A stretch of 59,941 bases of DNA, counting the filler, from Globobulimina sp. (lineage: Eukaryota), in the NCBI GenBank assembly GCA_003354225.1. It is 13 parts of 13 records of this genome, joined end to end, with 100 filler letters (N's around TTAATTAATTAA, not from the genome) between each part and the next. Parts side by side here need not be neighbours in the genome. Positions count along the whole stretch, not along the records: positions 9,254 to 13,778 come from PIVH01001166.1; positions 13,879 to 18,401 come from PIVH01001167.1; positions 18,502 to 23,022 come from PIVH01001168.1; positions 23,123 to 27,642 come from PIVH01001169.1; 9 more parts are not named here. One strand, given 5' to 3'. The notes under the pieces were generated by a model. That model made no database searches. It worked only from the letters and a program-made list of their open reading frames with translations, and was not told where the DNA came from. The stretch's first letter is position 1. Every line of letters starts with the position of its first letter. The translations under genes and the position numbers were made by a program. Of this stretch, positions 12,680 to 23,337 are shown piece after piece.

Positions 12680-13677
12680 TGCATTTTAAAACGCATTAAA
12701 TATGCCTATTAGTATATTACCATAATTCAGTAAAACGAGCGTCTAGTAAACATGTTTCCAGAAAACGTTTTCAATCGAGTGCCAGCGGAACTGCCAGCAG
12801 GGCAGTGTAGCGCAGTCACGAGATTGCACAGAATATTACCGATATCCATCACTCATCCAATCAAATCGGAAACAATTGACATCATCAAAGACACATACAC
12901 TCACAACACAAATCACCTAAGCTTATTCAAACACACATTACCAAACCACAAATGACACAAACACACCGTCAAACCATGGCATTTCCGAATCGCAAATGGC
13001 ACATTCCCAAATCAGAAATGACACTTTCGCATTAATTCATCAATCATAGATTCATATTTTCAATGACACAATCACAAACCCACGTACACAAATCACATTT
13101 TATTGAACAAAATTCAGATCGCAACCAAGGACAAACTGACAAACAAATTGCCAAAACAAAAAAACCTATATACAGAGATTATTAGCAATTTTTATGACAC
13201 AACCAAAATCGTCCACATTCCAGATTTTCAATGTCAGATCTGAAATCCTGAGAGAGCAACGTGAAAGCGATATAAAAAAAGAAATGTGCAAATATCATTA
13301 GCATTATTGAAAGGAATATATTAACCAAATCATACATATTATGAAAAGATTCAAAACGGAACATTTTCCAATGCATGTCTCGTTCAGCAATGGCAGGCGC
13401 AGCTGCTGAGAATAATCCCAAAACAAAGTATTGCAACTGAAGTTTCGAATCGATGGACGCACTCTTGAAATAATTGGCGCCTTCTTGTTCATAATCTCTG
13501 GTTGTGTTTAAGTACGAGTGATGGCTGATGACATGGAACGATGACCACGACTCATTGTCGCCCCAGCCTATATATTTTTGAAAATAAAGTATAGATATTT
13601 TAATTTAGTCAAAATATGAACCAGGGTTTTTTAACGACTCAAAAAAAGTTAAAGACTTTGACTTTTTAACACACTTT

Positions 13678-13778
13678 GCCATAACTCGGTGGTTGCTATA
13701 AGGGGACAACCCCTTGTGATTTTTAAAAGTGACGATTTCAATAGGACAAAATTTGAATTGCTTTTTTTAATCCCACCA
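13678..13778 (+). repeat. 101-bp terminal direct repeat, right copy
   Basis: Identical to 9254-9354 and ends exactly at the contig end. Confidence 0.95.
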
Positions 13779-13878
13779 NNNNNNNNNNNNNNNNNNNNNN
13801 NNNNNNNNNNNNNNNNNNNNNNTTAATTAATTAANNNNNNNNNNNNNNNNNNNNNNNNNNNNNNNNNNNNNNNNNNNN

Positions 13879-14637
13879 ACGCCCTAAGATAATGATTCCG
13901 TCAAAATAAACCCAAAAGATAGCATTGATTGCAGTAAAACATCATTTTCAACAATTTATAATGCGAATTTATTGCCGTTGCAATCAGTTTCGAGTCTTGA
14001 TTGTCCATCAAAAAGGAAACCAAAAAGATATCAATATGGTATTAAATTACCTCGTTTAACTGAATCTATTTTAAAAGAAAAAGATTCGATTGATTCACAT
14101 CAAAGTTTTTGTGACCGAAAGTCAACATTTTCTGCTCCCATTTTCAATAATAATCATCATAATATTGCCTATAATATTGCATTCCATCGGAAACGACAGA
14201 CAACAACAATTATTGATGATTTTTTTACAAATACATGTGATGAATCTGTAGATAATTCTGTACAGCCACACAGAAATAGTAATAATTCAATGTTTTTACC
14301 AAATATAAATAGACATAAATTAAAAGCAAAATTTAAACGAAAACCGGCGTATTCTGTCTGTGAATATGACCTATTAAAAGAAGAAAAGAAATTGGAACAA
14401 TCCTTATTGAAAATAAATGAAACTTTATCAAAATTATCAGTAAACAAAATAAATAATAAAAAAAGAATACAATTAAACTATAAAAATAAGTATCCTGTAA
14501 ATACAATTAAAAAAAGAGCCTGTAAATACGCAAACTATTTGAATGAAACAAAGGTTCCAAGCATTCCGCGGAAAATTAAAGTTAAAAGGTCTCCCACATT
14601 TAAATCAAATCGGAGAAGGAGAAGATGGAATATATAA
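13879..14637 (+). CDS. Basic Lys/Arg-rich hypothetical protein (probably 5'-truncated)
   Basis: Long open frame of low complexity ending RRRRRWNI*; no recognised domain. Confidence 0.45.
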
Positions 14638-14738
14638 ATAAAGACAATGTAATTTGTTTCGTTCTTTGTGTTGTTTGTTCTTTGTAGTTGGTGCTTGTAT
14701 TTAATGCATAAAAAAAACAGTTTAACTAAAGCCAAATA

Positions 14739-15764
14739 ATGCCAATTGTATTCAAGAAACACTTTGGAGATAGTGATGATGATAAAGATTTAGATTTATT
14801 TTTAGAACAACCACCAAAAAAAAAAAGAAAACTAAACAATGAAAAATGTCAACCAATAAACCTGTCAGCAAAAACTGAGAGAAATAAAAAAGATGAAAGT
14901 AAAGGTACATTAACAAAATTACGACTTAAAAGAACAAAAAAAAGAGTAGCGAATTTCCAAGAATTTAATCCACGATTAGTAAATAATAAAAATAATAAAA
15001 GTAAAAAAAATAAAAATCCAATCATTTCATTTGAATCAATAAAACCAAATCACATCGCAATCTCATTTCAAACATTATTTTTGAAAACATTTAAAACCAC
15101 AACAGAAGATCTTGGATTTAAATTTAAACCCTCTCATTTTGTAGAAGTAACCACTAAAAATACACCGCGTGGATCATTGGATATTTTGCAACATTTTTTA
15201 AGGAATTATTTTAGTAATACGGTACAGGACAATGATACTGAGGAAAATCCCGAAAATTTGAAAAAATCAAAAGAATGGATTGCATGCACAAAATCTATGC
15301 AAGTAATGGTTATTTCCCCATCCGTTCGAAAAGCAGTTGATACCATAAAAGCATTACGAACTGTTAAGGTCAAACATTCATTTGTTCATAAAAAAGAGTT
15401 AAACAAAATGAGTGTGGAAGAGTATGAAGAATATGAACAAAATAAAGATGAAAACGTAGCCGTGATTGGATTGCGAGTATGTGAGTTATTTGGGAAGCAT
15501 CGAACAATTAAATTTCAAAAAAACGAATTAATAAATAAATCATGGCATTGCGGGGTTGGTGGAATAAATCGAATAAATAAATTATTTCAATCAAAACATT
15601 TAACATTAAAGAAATGTGAATTAATTGTCATTGATTTACAAAGAAATGTAAAAACTATGTCTATTCTTGATATGAAGCAAGTTTGTAAAGAATTATGTCA
15701 ATGGTTACAGGAATATGCATTTACACGAATCAACAATAAACATACTAAAATTGCATTCTTTTGA
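14739..15764 (+). CDS. CMSS1: Cms1/CMSS1-like 90S pre-ribosome factor (degenerate helicase-like fold)
   Basis: Lys-rich N-terminus, then VISPSVRKAVD, ELFGKHRTIKFQ, GVGGINRINKL and LIVID...VKTMSILDM, resembling the Cms1 LFAKH / GVGTPGR pattern. Confidence 0.75.
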   Translation: MPIVFKKHFGDSDDDKDLDLFLEQPPKKKRKLNNEKCQPINLSAKTERNKKDESKGTLTKLRLKRTKKRVANFQEFNPRLVNNKNNKSKKNKNPIISFESIKPNHIAISFQTLFLKTFKTTTEDLGFKFKPSHFVEVTTKNTPRGSLDILQHFLRNYFSNTVQDNDTEENPENLKKSKEWIACTKSMQVMVISPSVRKAVDTIKALRTVKVKHSFVHKKELNKMSVEEYEEYEQNKDENVAVIGLRVCELFGKHRTIKFQKNELINKSWHCGVGGINRINKLFQSKHLTLKKCELIVIDLQRNVKTMSILDMKQVCKELCQWLQEYAFTRINNKHTKIAFF

Positions 15765-15912
15765 TTTCTCTCATTACATTCTTTTCAGTTTAACTGACCA
15801 CTCGTTGATTTATTATAAAATTTTTGCTTTTATCAGGATTTGTTCGGATTTATGTAATCACCTAAAATTACACAAAAATAATTCAAAAACACACAAAAAA
15901 AATCTATTTTGC

Positions 15913-17526
15913 TCAAATTGCACCAAATACTTTCTCAAATTGACATACAAACTTATCCATTGTTTGTTTTTTTTTATGATCCAAAATAGCAAACACAACT
16001 TTCCTGAATACATTACAATATCGATTCTTCAACAAATCCGCAAATATCATCGCCACCATATTTGGTTTATTACCGAATACGCCGCAACCCCATGCACCCA
16101 GAACCACGCATTCATTGTCATGTTTCATTGCTAATTCTAACACACGTTTACATCTTTCTGTCATGACATGTTTTACAACATTCCATGCTCCACTTTTCCT
16201 TTGTTCTTCATCAACATTTTCATTTTTATTCTCATCCAATTTGCCATCATCGCCATATTTCTTCCTCATTGCTCGTTTAACATACATTCCAGCATTGACC
16301 GCTGGAGATGTAATAATGTCACATTTATAATATCCATTCTCAAATTGTTTAATCTGTACACCATTGCCATGTTTCATAACCACAATATCCGGACTATATA
16401 TTAAAGCATGTGAGTATAACATTGTTTTCTTTTGTTTTCTGTGATAATCATAAAATTGCCGTTGGTATTTAAGTAAAGTGGGAATCAATGTGGATGACCG
16501 CGCAATGCTCTCTTCCTGAGCCACCGCCCCTGTGTCCCACCCACCGCCCGGATTTTTGGCAGAGGAGAAATTTAACACACAAATATTTATACAGTCTCCA
16601 TATTGCAATCTTAATCTATATGCACAGTCCAATGTTGTTTCGTGATTTATTGATATCTCCATTCTCGGATATTTGCGGAGTTTATGATGGTCGATGTCGA
16701 TATATTTAAATTCATCTTTCTCTAAATATAACTCACTGTGCGCATCGCTAAAAGACATATCGTTTTTAATATTTGTTTTTTCATTCGTTTTGGGATGAAT
16801 AAAACATTGATTTTCAAGAATTTGTTTGGTTTTATTGGCAATGATTTTATATTCCTTTCGTTTTAATTTTGTATGTAATTGCGGCTCTTGAATTATTCGC
16901 CGTTTATTGTGATTTAAGGTGACATTATTACCATTTAAATCTGTGTTAAATATCAATAATAATTCATTCAACATTGCAATGGTTTGGTTAGTTTGTGATT
17001 TTCCATCATCTTTCCCGTCGTCAATGTTTTCAAATTCTTGTTTGTTATCTCGTTCATTGCTGTTCTCCGGATCGTTTCTTTGTGATTTCGGAATATTTGC
17101 AATGTCTGTTTCAAATAATAATGAACGCAAAGATTGAGTGTTTCGGTTTGTTTCTCCTGAACAATATAATCTGTCTAATTTTGATTGTTTGTCCCAAATT
17201 ATAATCTTTTGAGCATCAAATAAGTATAATACGAAATAATTGATTTTATGCATTGGAATATCACCTCCATCATCAATCATTACCCAATCTAAAAATGGCA
17301 TTTCTGCAATGTTTTCACGATCCAGATAGCCGATGGAAACATAATTTAAATCAATCCCGATGTTTGGATCATGGATTAAGCGTTTATAGACATCATACGA
17401 TGTTCGCAATTTCTTTTTCTTTTTCTTGGTTGATGAATTCATTGAATTGTCATCATTATTTTGCGACTGATAATCAGGTTTCACATAGCGTTTATGCTTT
17501 GAAGTAGTTTTCTTTTTACGCGGCAT
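15913..17526 (-). CDS. Fusion of an MJ1316/DUF504 RNA-repair domain and a bacterial-type PARG (TIGR02452/DUF2263 macrodomain)
   Basis: N-terminal RTSYDVYKRLIHDP...IGYLDR...DIPMHKINYF...IIWDKQSKLD; C-terminal VLNFSSAKNPGGG...GAVAQEESIARSS, IYSPD, DIITSPA and VLGAWGCGVFGN. Likely ATG at 17526 (MPRKKK). Confidence 0.85.
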   Translation of the reverse strand: MPRKKKTTSKHKRYVKPDYQSQNNDDNSMNSSTKKKKKKLRTSYDVYKRLIHDPNIGIDLNYVSIGYLDRENIAEMPFLDWVMIDDGGDIPMHKINYFVLYLFDAQKIIIWDKQSKLDRLYCSGETNRNTQSLRSLLFETDIANIPKSQRNDPENSNERDNKQEFENIDDGKDDGKSQTNQTIAMLNELLLIFNTDLNGNNVTLNHNKRRIIQEPQLHTKLKRKEYKIIANKTKQILENQCFIHPKTNEKTNIKNDMSFSDAHSELYLEKDEFKYIDIDHHKLRKYPRMEISINHETTLDCAYRLRLQYGDCINICVLNFSSAKNPGGGWDTGAVAQEESIARSSTLIPTLLKYQRQFYDYHRKQKKTMLYSHALIYSPDIVVMKHGNGVQIKQFENGYYKCDIITSPAVNAGMYVKRAMRKKYGDDGKLDENKNENVDEEQRKSGAWNVVKHVMTERCKRVLELAMKHDNECVVLGAWGCGVFGNKPNMVAMIFADLLKNRYCNVFRKVVFAILDHKKKQTMDKFVCQFEKVFGAI

Positions 17527-17606
17527 AATAAGATATTGTCTTGCTAACTGAATATGGAAACAACAAAAGTGAGAATGTGGATGGAATGTGAAACAAATGA
17601 AGGCAC

Positions 17607-18401
17607 TCAAAAACTATCCCACATAAATGACAAAACGTTTGTAAAAAGCAAAGCAATTATAAAATTGCAAATACTTGATCTGTCAATTTCAATTCCTATT
17701 AATTGATAACAACATGAATATTTTTTCATCAAATACTTTAATCTGTTCAATATCTCTAAAGCACATTCTTGTTTGCTATGCAATATGATACTTTTACACA
17801 ACACATCCATATCAATATCCACATTATTTTCCTTTTCTTTTCGTATAATTGCATTCATTAAATTATTTAAAATCAAATCAGAATGGAAATGCAAACGTGT
17901 TTTTAGTATTTTATTTAATTTCTCGTTTATAATCCGTACTTTTAACGTATTTACCTTTTCCGTCATTAACATGGCTGGCCATAATACAAACATTGCCATT
18001 AATAAATATATCAATGCTTCAATACTATTATAAACAATCCAAGCTCCATTATTTGTAGCATCTGTATCATATGGATGCATATATATTGATACCGTATGCC
18101 AACATGCCATAATCATTTGTAACAATAAATTTATAATCCACAAATAAAATAACTGACAATAGGTCGCAATTTTTTTGTTCATAAACACATATTTTTCACA
18201 CAAACCTGCATCAATTATGTCATCATTTGAGGTCATTGATTCAATTTGATTGACAAATATTTTTGCATACAAATAACACTCCGTAAAATATAATCTTGCT
18301 ACAATGGCCATTAATAAATCTGGAATTATTATGGTGACAATAAACACAGTCGCTTGAATCACAATAAATGCAATCCATAAAATATATGAAATGCGGTTGA
18401 A
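17607..18401 (-). CDS. Multi-pass membrane protein, C-terminal part; possible gustatory-receptor-like (7TM ion channel/DUF3537) protein
   Basis: Several TM helices, a long loop before the last helix, and the ending YQLIGIEIDRSSICNFIIALLF. Confidence 0.45.
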   Translation of the reverse strand, partial: FNRISYILWIAFIVIQATVFIVTIIIPDLLMAIVARLYFTECYLYAKIFVNQIESMTSNDDIIDAGLCEKYVFMNKKIATYCQLFYLWIINLLLQMIMACWHTVSIYMHPYDTDATNNGAWIVYNSIEALIYLLMAMFVLWPAMLMTEKVNTLKVRIINEKLNKILKTRLHFHSDLILNNLMNAIIRKEKENNVDIDMDVLCKSIILHSKQECALEILNRLKYLMKKYSCCYQLIGIEIDRSSICNFIIALLFTNVLSFMWDSF

Positions 18402-18654
18402 NNNNNNNNNNNNNNNNNNNNNNNNNNNNNNNNNNNNNNNNNNNNTTAATTAATTAANNNNNNNNNNNNNNNNNNNNNNNNNNNNNNNNNNNNNNNNNNN
18501 NAATTCGAAATTGGGCAAAATAATGAATTCTGCCACGCAATATCGCAATATTTGTGTCCTTACGGATTGGTTTATGATCATCGCGATGTTGATTGAGATC
18601 GCGCCAATCGTCGTAGTAATTAGTTTGTAATATTTGTCGCGGAATGGGTTGAAT

Positions 18655-18807
18655 AATGAGCTTTGTAATTCCCGCCGCGAAATGAATGAGAATGAGCTTT
18701 GTAATTCTGCCGCGAAATGAGTTAAAATGAGATTGTAATTTCTGCGATTTGCCACCGCAGAATGAGTGTTATTGACCGCGTCCGAATGAGTGTTATTGAT
18801 CGTGTCC
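18655..18807. repeat. Tandem repeats with about 36-bp and 24-bp periods
   Basis: AATGAGCTTTGTAATTC..GCCGCGAAATGA at 18655 and 18691 plus a degenerate third copy; GAATGAGTGTTATTGA at 18760 and 18784. Confidence 0.8.
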
Positions 18808-19299
18808 TAATTGATTGTGATCAAACCCATCCAGGTTCCCATTAAATGCCTGGTTGGGTTAAAATCAATCATATATTCATTAATTACAAATCAATTAATT
18901 TGATGAATAATCAATTTAAAATTCAACAAAAAATAAGTTAATTTTTTTTTTTTATATATATATTTATCTTTTTCTTTTTTTTTTCTGTTTGTTTGTCTAT
19001 TATAATATATACAGATTATTCGTATCAAGGTCCGCAGCCATTAAATCACCACCAAATGCCGAGAACGCCGCAGATATCGAGAATTTGCCACTAATTTAGT
19101 TAGGATTTTCTTTGTTTTTTGTTTCTTTTTTTGTTTTTTATATTTTTTACATATTTATTTTTTATATATTTATATAGACATAAATAATTTATTCAGATTA
19201 AATCCGCGATGATCGTCGATGATGCCAAATCGTCGAATCGTCGAAAATAATTCCACAACCACCGTGGTCGAGATCGAGATGGCTCCAATTCCGCGGTCG

Positions 19300-19375
19300 A
19301 AAACCATCGAAAACCATCGAAAATGCCACAAACGCCGTGGTCAAACCTCTTCGTAAATGCCACAAACGCCGTGGC
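19300..19375. repeat. Short direct repeats AAAACCATCG x2 and AAATGCCACAAACGCCGTGG x2
   Basis: Visible exact duplications. Confidence 0.8.
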
Positions 19376-19384
19376 TGCACCTTA

Positions 19385-19481
19385 TTTATAGCTAATATCC
19401 CTCGAGTTTCTTGAAAAAGTATCCCTCGGCTTCGCCTGGCAAATAACTTTTTCAGAAACCTCAGGGATATTTTCTAATAAA
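19385..19481. repeat. Imperfect palindrome of about 97 bp centred on GGCTTCGCC
   Basis: AATATCCCT...TGAAAAAGT pairs with ACTTTTTCA...AGGGATATT; the outer TTTATAG pairs imperfectly with CTAATAAA. Confidence 0.7.
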
Positions 19482-19898
19482 GCGACATCAGTACAATATA
19501 AATCATTGTGTTTACTTTTTTATATTATTTAAATGATTCTTCATTTCAAATATTTGCTGGATTTAACTATAAAACATTAATAAATAATACACCAACCCTG
19601 ATTTTTTATTGTATACCGAGTCTGAAGAAGAACTGCAAAATATTGATCTCTACCTTCAAATAATATTATTTATACATATTATTATTATGTTGTCATGTGA
19701 CATGCAATCGAAGCTATATAAATACTGCTTCTTTATATCATTGATAAACTTATGGGGTATAATATTTCCACATCTTAACAAGTTGCGGTGACTAGTTATA
19801 AATCCGACCCATATTTGTATACAATTCGCTCAGTTTTTATGCAAACCAAAAACACATTTATAGCAAATCCATTTTTACTTGCGTGAAAAACACATTAC

Positions 19899-21350
19899 TT
19901 GCGTGAAGATGACATTTTTAAATTTTCGACAGTAAATAAATATTTTAATACAATCGGCATGGATAAAAATGCAATGAGTCAACTCAGATTTGCATTCGCC
20001 GATTTGATGGTAAAAGTTAATAAAAATAGATACAGTAAGATTAAGGAATTAGTAGTATCTGTGGGCCGATCTAACCGTCATAACTTCCCAAGAAGTCGTC
20101 GACTAATTATCCCACGCCAAACATCAAAAAATTTGAAGTGTTTGTTTGTGAGCGAACTGCAAACGGATGTCATTCAACATCAATTTGAAAATTTGTATCG
20201 CATATCATTAGTGCACATAAATCCAAACAAAGTATTCACCAAAATTGAGGATTCTCATAAATTGAAGTTGAAAGAGGTAGAATTATGTCTTTGCTCCTTC
20301 GATATTTTAACTTGTAAATCGCTGATAAATTGCAGAAATTTAGAACGTTTATGCCTGACACGATTCACCCGCATAACACCAAGTGATAGAACAGAATTCG
20401 ATAATATTGTTAAACAATGCAAAAGAGACAAACATGCATTTTCCAATCTGAATTATGTGGAATTCGATATTTCCACAATGATAATATTGAAATCATTTTT
20501 CTATCATTTGCTGTCATCATCAAACGAAACAAAGTTAGAAATTGACTGTCATTTTGTTGACCGTCGACATCAACACCAAATCGGTCAACTGTTTTCATTG
20601 AATGATTATGAAAACAAAGAAGAAATTCAACATATTTTGTCAAAATTGAAAGCGTTGAAGTTTTATTTAGATGATTTTGGTGGTTTAATAGTGGCCAAAA
20701 ACATTGCAGAGTGCGTCGCAGAATGGAATGTTTTGCAAAAATTAGAAATGTTTGGATTTGAGGCTAATGGTCACATCTATAAAGATGCAGAATATGAATA
20801 TCCAATAAATTCAATAAATGTCCATGCAATATTGGATCCCATTGTTGCTAAGGCAAAGAACAGCAGATTGCAAATACTTTATGCTGCGAATATTACACAA
20901 CCATTAATTAAACAGTTTTATGCAGATACAAATAACAATAAATATTGTTCCCATCAACTAATTATAAAAAATATGTTTTCGCCGTCAATTGAGCAATATA
21001 TTGAAATGACTGATATCGATGAATGTCCACCAGATTTATGGGCTGGAATTGCGGCTGGATTGGTCTGTGGCAGTTGGTTAAAACCCTGGATTGAGTTAAT
21101 GGACAATACCAATATTTTTAGTCTGCAAAATAGCAAAGTTCCGAAATTTGAGGTAATTATCGTACTTGATGATGAAGTGACTTTTTGGAGGGGGAAAGAA
21201 TCGGAATGGACAAATGCTGTGCTTGCATTAGATGAACGTGTGTACGTAAAATTGTCTCGTTACAAGCACATCAGCTATAAGCTCAGTGCAGGGCATGACA
21301 TCGAATCGAGCTATAACTTCAGGGTGTTAGTATTGGATGTGTATGTTTGA
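19899..21350 (+). CDS. F-box-like/LRR-like hypothetical protein with a disrupted 5' end
   Basis: 483-aa ORF starting (YL)REDDIFKFSTVNKYFN (F-box-like) with LxxL repeats (LKLKEVELC, CRNLERLCL, LSKLKALKF, LQKLEMF). Confidence 0.5.
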   Translation: MREDDIFKFSTVNKYFNTIGMDKNAMSQLRFAFADLMVKVNKNRYSKIKELVVSVGRSNRHNFPRSRRLIIPRQTSKNLKCLFVSELQTDVIQHQFENLYRISLVHINPNKVFTKIEDSHKLKLKEVELCLCSFDILTCKSLINCRNLERLCLTRFTRITPSDRTEFDNIVKQCKRDKHAFSNLNYVEFDISTMIILKSFFYHLLSSSNETKLEIDCHFVDRRHQHQIGQLFSLNDYENKEEIQHILSKLKALKFYLDDFGGLIVAKNIAECVAEWNVLQKLEMFGFEANGHIYKDAEYEYPINSINVHAILDPIVAKAKNSRLQILYAANITQPLIKQFYADTNNNKYCSHQLIIKNMFSPSIEQYIEMTDIDECPPDLWAGIAAGLVCGSWLKPWIELMDNTNIFSLQNSKVPKFEVIIVLDDEVTFWRGKESEWTNAVLALDERVYVKLSRYKHISYKLSAGHDIESSYNFRVLVLDVYV

Positions 21351-21427
21351 CAATAACTCCGTTGTGTGCGAAATTACTATAATGTTTCTAATTTTTTAAT
21401 TTAGTTTAAAAACACTTTGATTAATAC

Positions 21428-22822
21428 ATGCCTGTATTTCAACATCCAAACACAACTACTACATCAGAATGTGGTTACGGTTCATACAACGATGGAAATA
21501 AATGTCTATCAATACCATCACCTTTAAAATGTGAAGCAGTATACCTTTATACAGTCCATAATTATCTCCACATTCATTTAATATGGAACGGAATGCAATC
21601 AATACACGTACAACACATACCAGACAACATAAGATATAGAATACGCTATTTAAATGCACATGGATCAGAAGATATAATCATAACAAAATCCAATACATCC
21701 ATTACCAATTCGTTTCTCAATAACGATATCAACGATTATACCTCATATTATCATAAAGCTATCGCATTCATTCAAACTATATTTGACTACAACACCAAAA
21801 CAAACCAATATCCGGCATCCTCACTATCAAATACCTCCACAAATTGTACCTTTATTATACCGTCATTAACCACACCGACACCAATCCAAATAACCACTGC
21901 CATGATCTCTTTTGATGGGCCGTTTTGCAATGAACATTCAAACAATTGCGACAATAACAAACATATAATATCCAAATACAACACAATAACACAGATAAAA
22001 TATGTATTGAACCATACATATATTATTCGACATCCTTTATCATACTTTGAATATGACATATTAGTATCAATATACTTCTGTGTCAACAAAACAAACCAAC
22101 AATATATATGTGACCAGCAGCGTAGCATATTGCATACAAACGATTCACGGACATTGTCACCAGTCAGAGTACCAACATCATATTTGTTTGATATTTCTGA
22201 ATTTGAGGCCATTGCAATGCGATTGAATTGCAGCGTATTGAATACTGAGGATTATGAATGTATGTTAGGAGAGCCAATGGAATTAACATTTATTTTAAAT
22301 GATGATAGCTCCGATAATATAAATGTAGCGACGTTATGGTGGTTTTGGTTGGCAATCGGATTGTCGTTATTGATATTATTTTGTATATGCATTTTATTTC
22401 AATTAATGTGTAAACACAAACATTTAACAAAGAAATTGTATATAACAAGAAACGAATTACATGTGCAAAAAAGAGATAATCAGCAGCTGTTGTATGGACA
22501 TTATAGCAATGATACTGATGCCCGACATATGAATCGCAATCCAATAGGAACGGGAATACCAGATAGTATCCCATCATATGTCCCAGATGCAATTGAACAA
22601 GAAATAAATAAAAGGAAACAGCGAGAACAATATATTTCAACTGTTGAGGATATTGGATTTGAATATAAAATAAAAATAAAACCGAATGTTGTAGAAACAA
22701 ATGAAAAGAACCATGTTAACAATTTTTGTGGTAAACCTCAGGAAATGTTTGAGTTGGATGTTAAAGGAAGGAAAAAAGTTCAAGTTTGGAAAACCTCCTT
22801 TGAAGAACCATTGCTACAATGA
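21428..22822 (+). CDS. Single-pass membrane protein with a Cys/Thr-rich ectodomain
   Basis: 464-aa ORF with TM LWWFWLAIGLSLLILFCICILF followed by basic residues. Confidence 0.65.
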   Translation: MPVFQHPNTTTTSECGYGSYNDGNKCLSIPSPLKCEAVYLYTVHNYLHIHLIWNGMQSIHVQHIPDNIRYRIRYLNAHGSEDIIITKSNTSITNSFLNNDINDYTSYYHKAIAFIQTIFDYNTKTNQYPASSLSNTSTNCTFIIPSLTTPTPIQITTAMISFDGPFCNEHSNNCDNNKHIISKYNTITQIKYVLNHTYIIRHPLSYFEYDILVSIYFCVNKTNQQYICDQQRSILHTNDSRTLSPVRVPTSYLFDISEFEAIAMRLNCSVLNTEDYECMLGEPMELTFILNDDSSDNINVATLWWFWLAIGLSLLILFCICILFQLMCKHKHLTKKLYITRNELHVQKRDNQQLLYGHYSNDTDARHMNRNPIGTGIPDSIPSYVPDAIEQEINKRKQREQYISTVEDIGFEYKIKIKPNVVETNEKNHVNNFCGKPQEMFELDVKGRKKVQVWKTSFEEPLLQ

Positions 22823-23337
22823 TTTAAATTCATGTCTGACACCTTCATTGGTATATAGAGCTTATAGCACAGTTTGATCATGATACCATATTGAGCATCT
22901 CACATGATTGCATGTTTCAGACTTCTGTAATCATGAAACGACCTCTTTAAGATTACTGAAACATGGGCAATAAGCAATAATTATAGTAAATAAGAATTGG
23001 GAATGTCACTATTAATAATTACNNNNNNNNNNNNNNNNNNNNNNNNNNNNNNNNNNNNNNNNNNNNTTAATTAATTAANNNNNNNNNNNNNNNNNNNNNN
23101 NNNNNNNNNNNNNNNNNNNNNNTAAGAAAAGTGTTGCCATTGTTTGGTTGAACTTGCTCAGCAAAAACGTTTCAAAGCCACAAAATGTTTTATTATCTTG
23201 TTTGCGTACGGGTTTTTGTTATCTGACCATCGGTTTTATATTTTATAGAACCGTTTTTGATTTGTATTTGTTCTGTACCTCTTTAGAAAAAAGAAAAGAA
23301 AAAAAAAGTTTGATTAATGTTGTGTAATGTGTATATT

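Noticed and set aside
12940-13100. AAATGACAC/AAATGGCAC-like recurrences as a CRISPR or iteron array
   Set aside because: Too short and degenerate, with irregular spacing and no associated genes.
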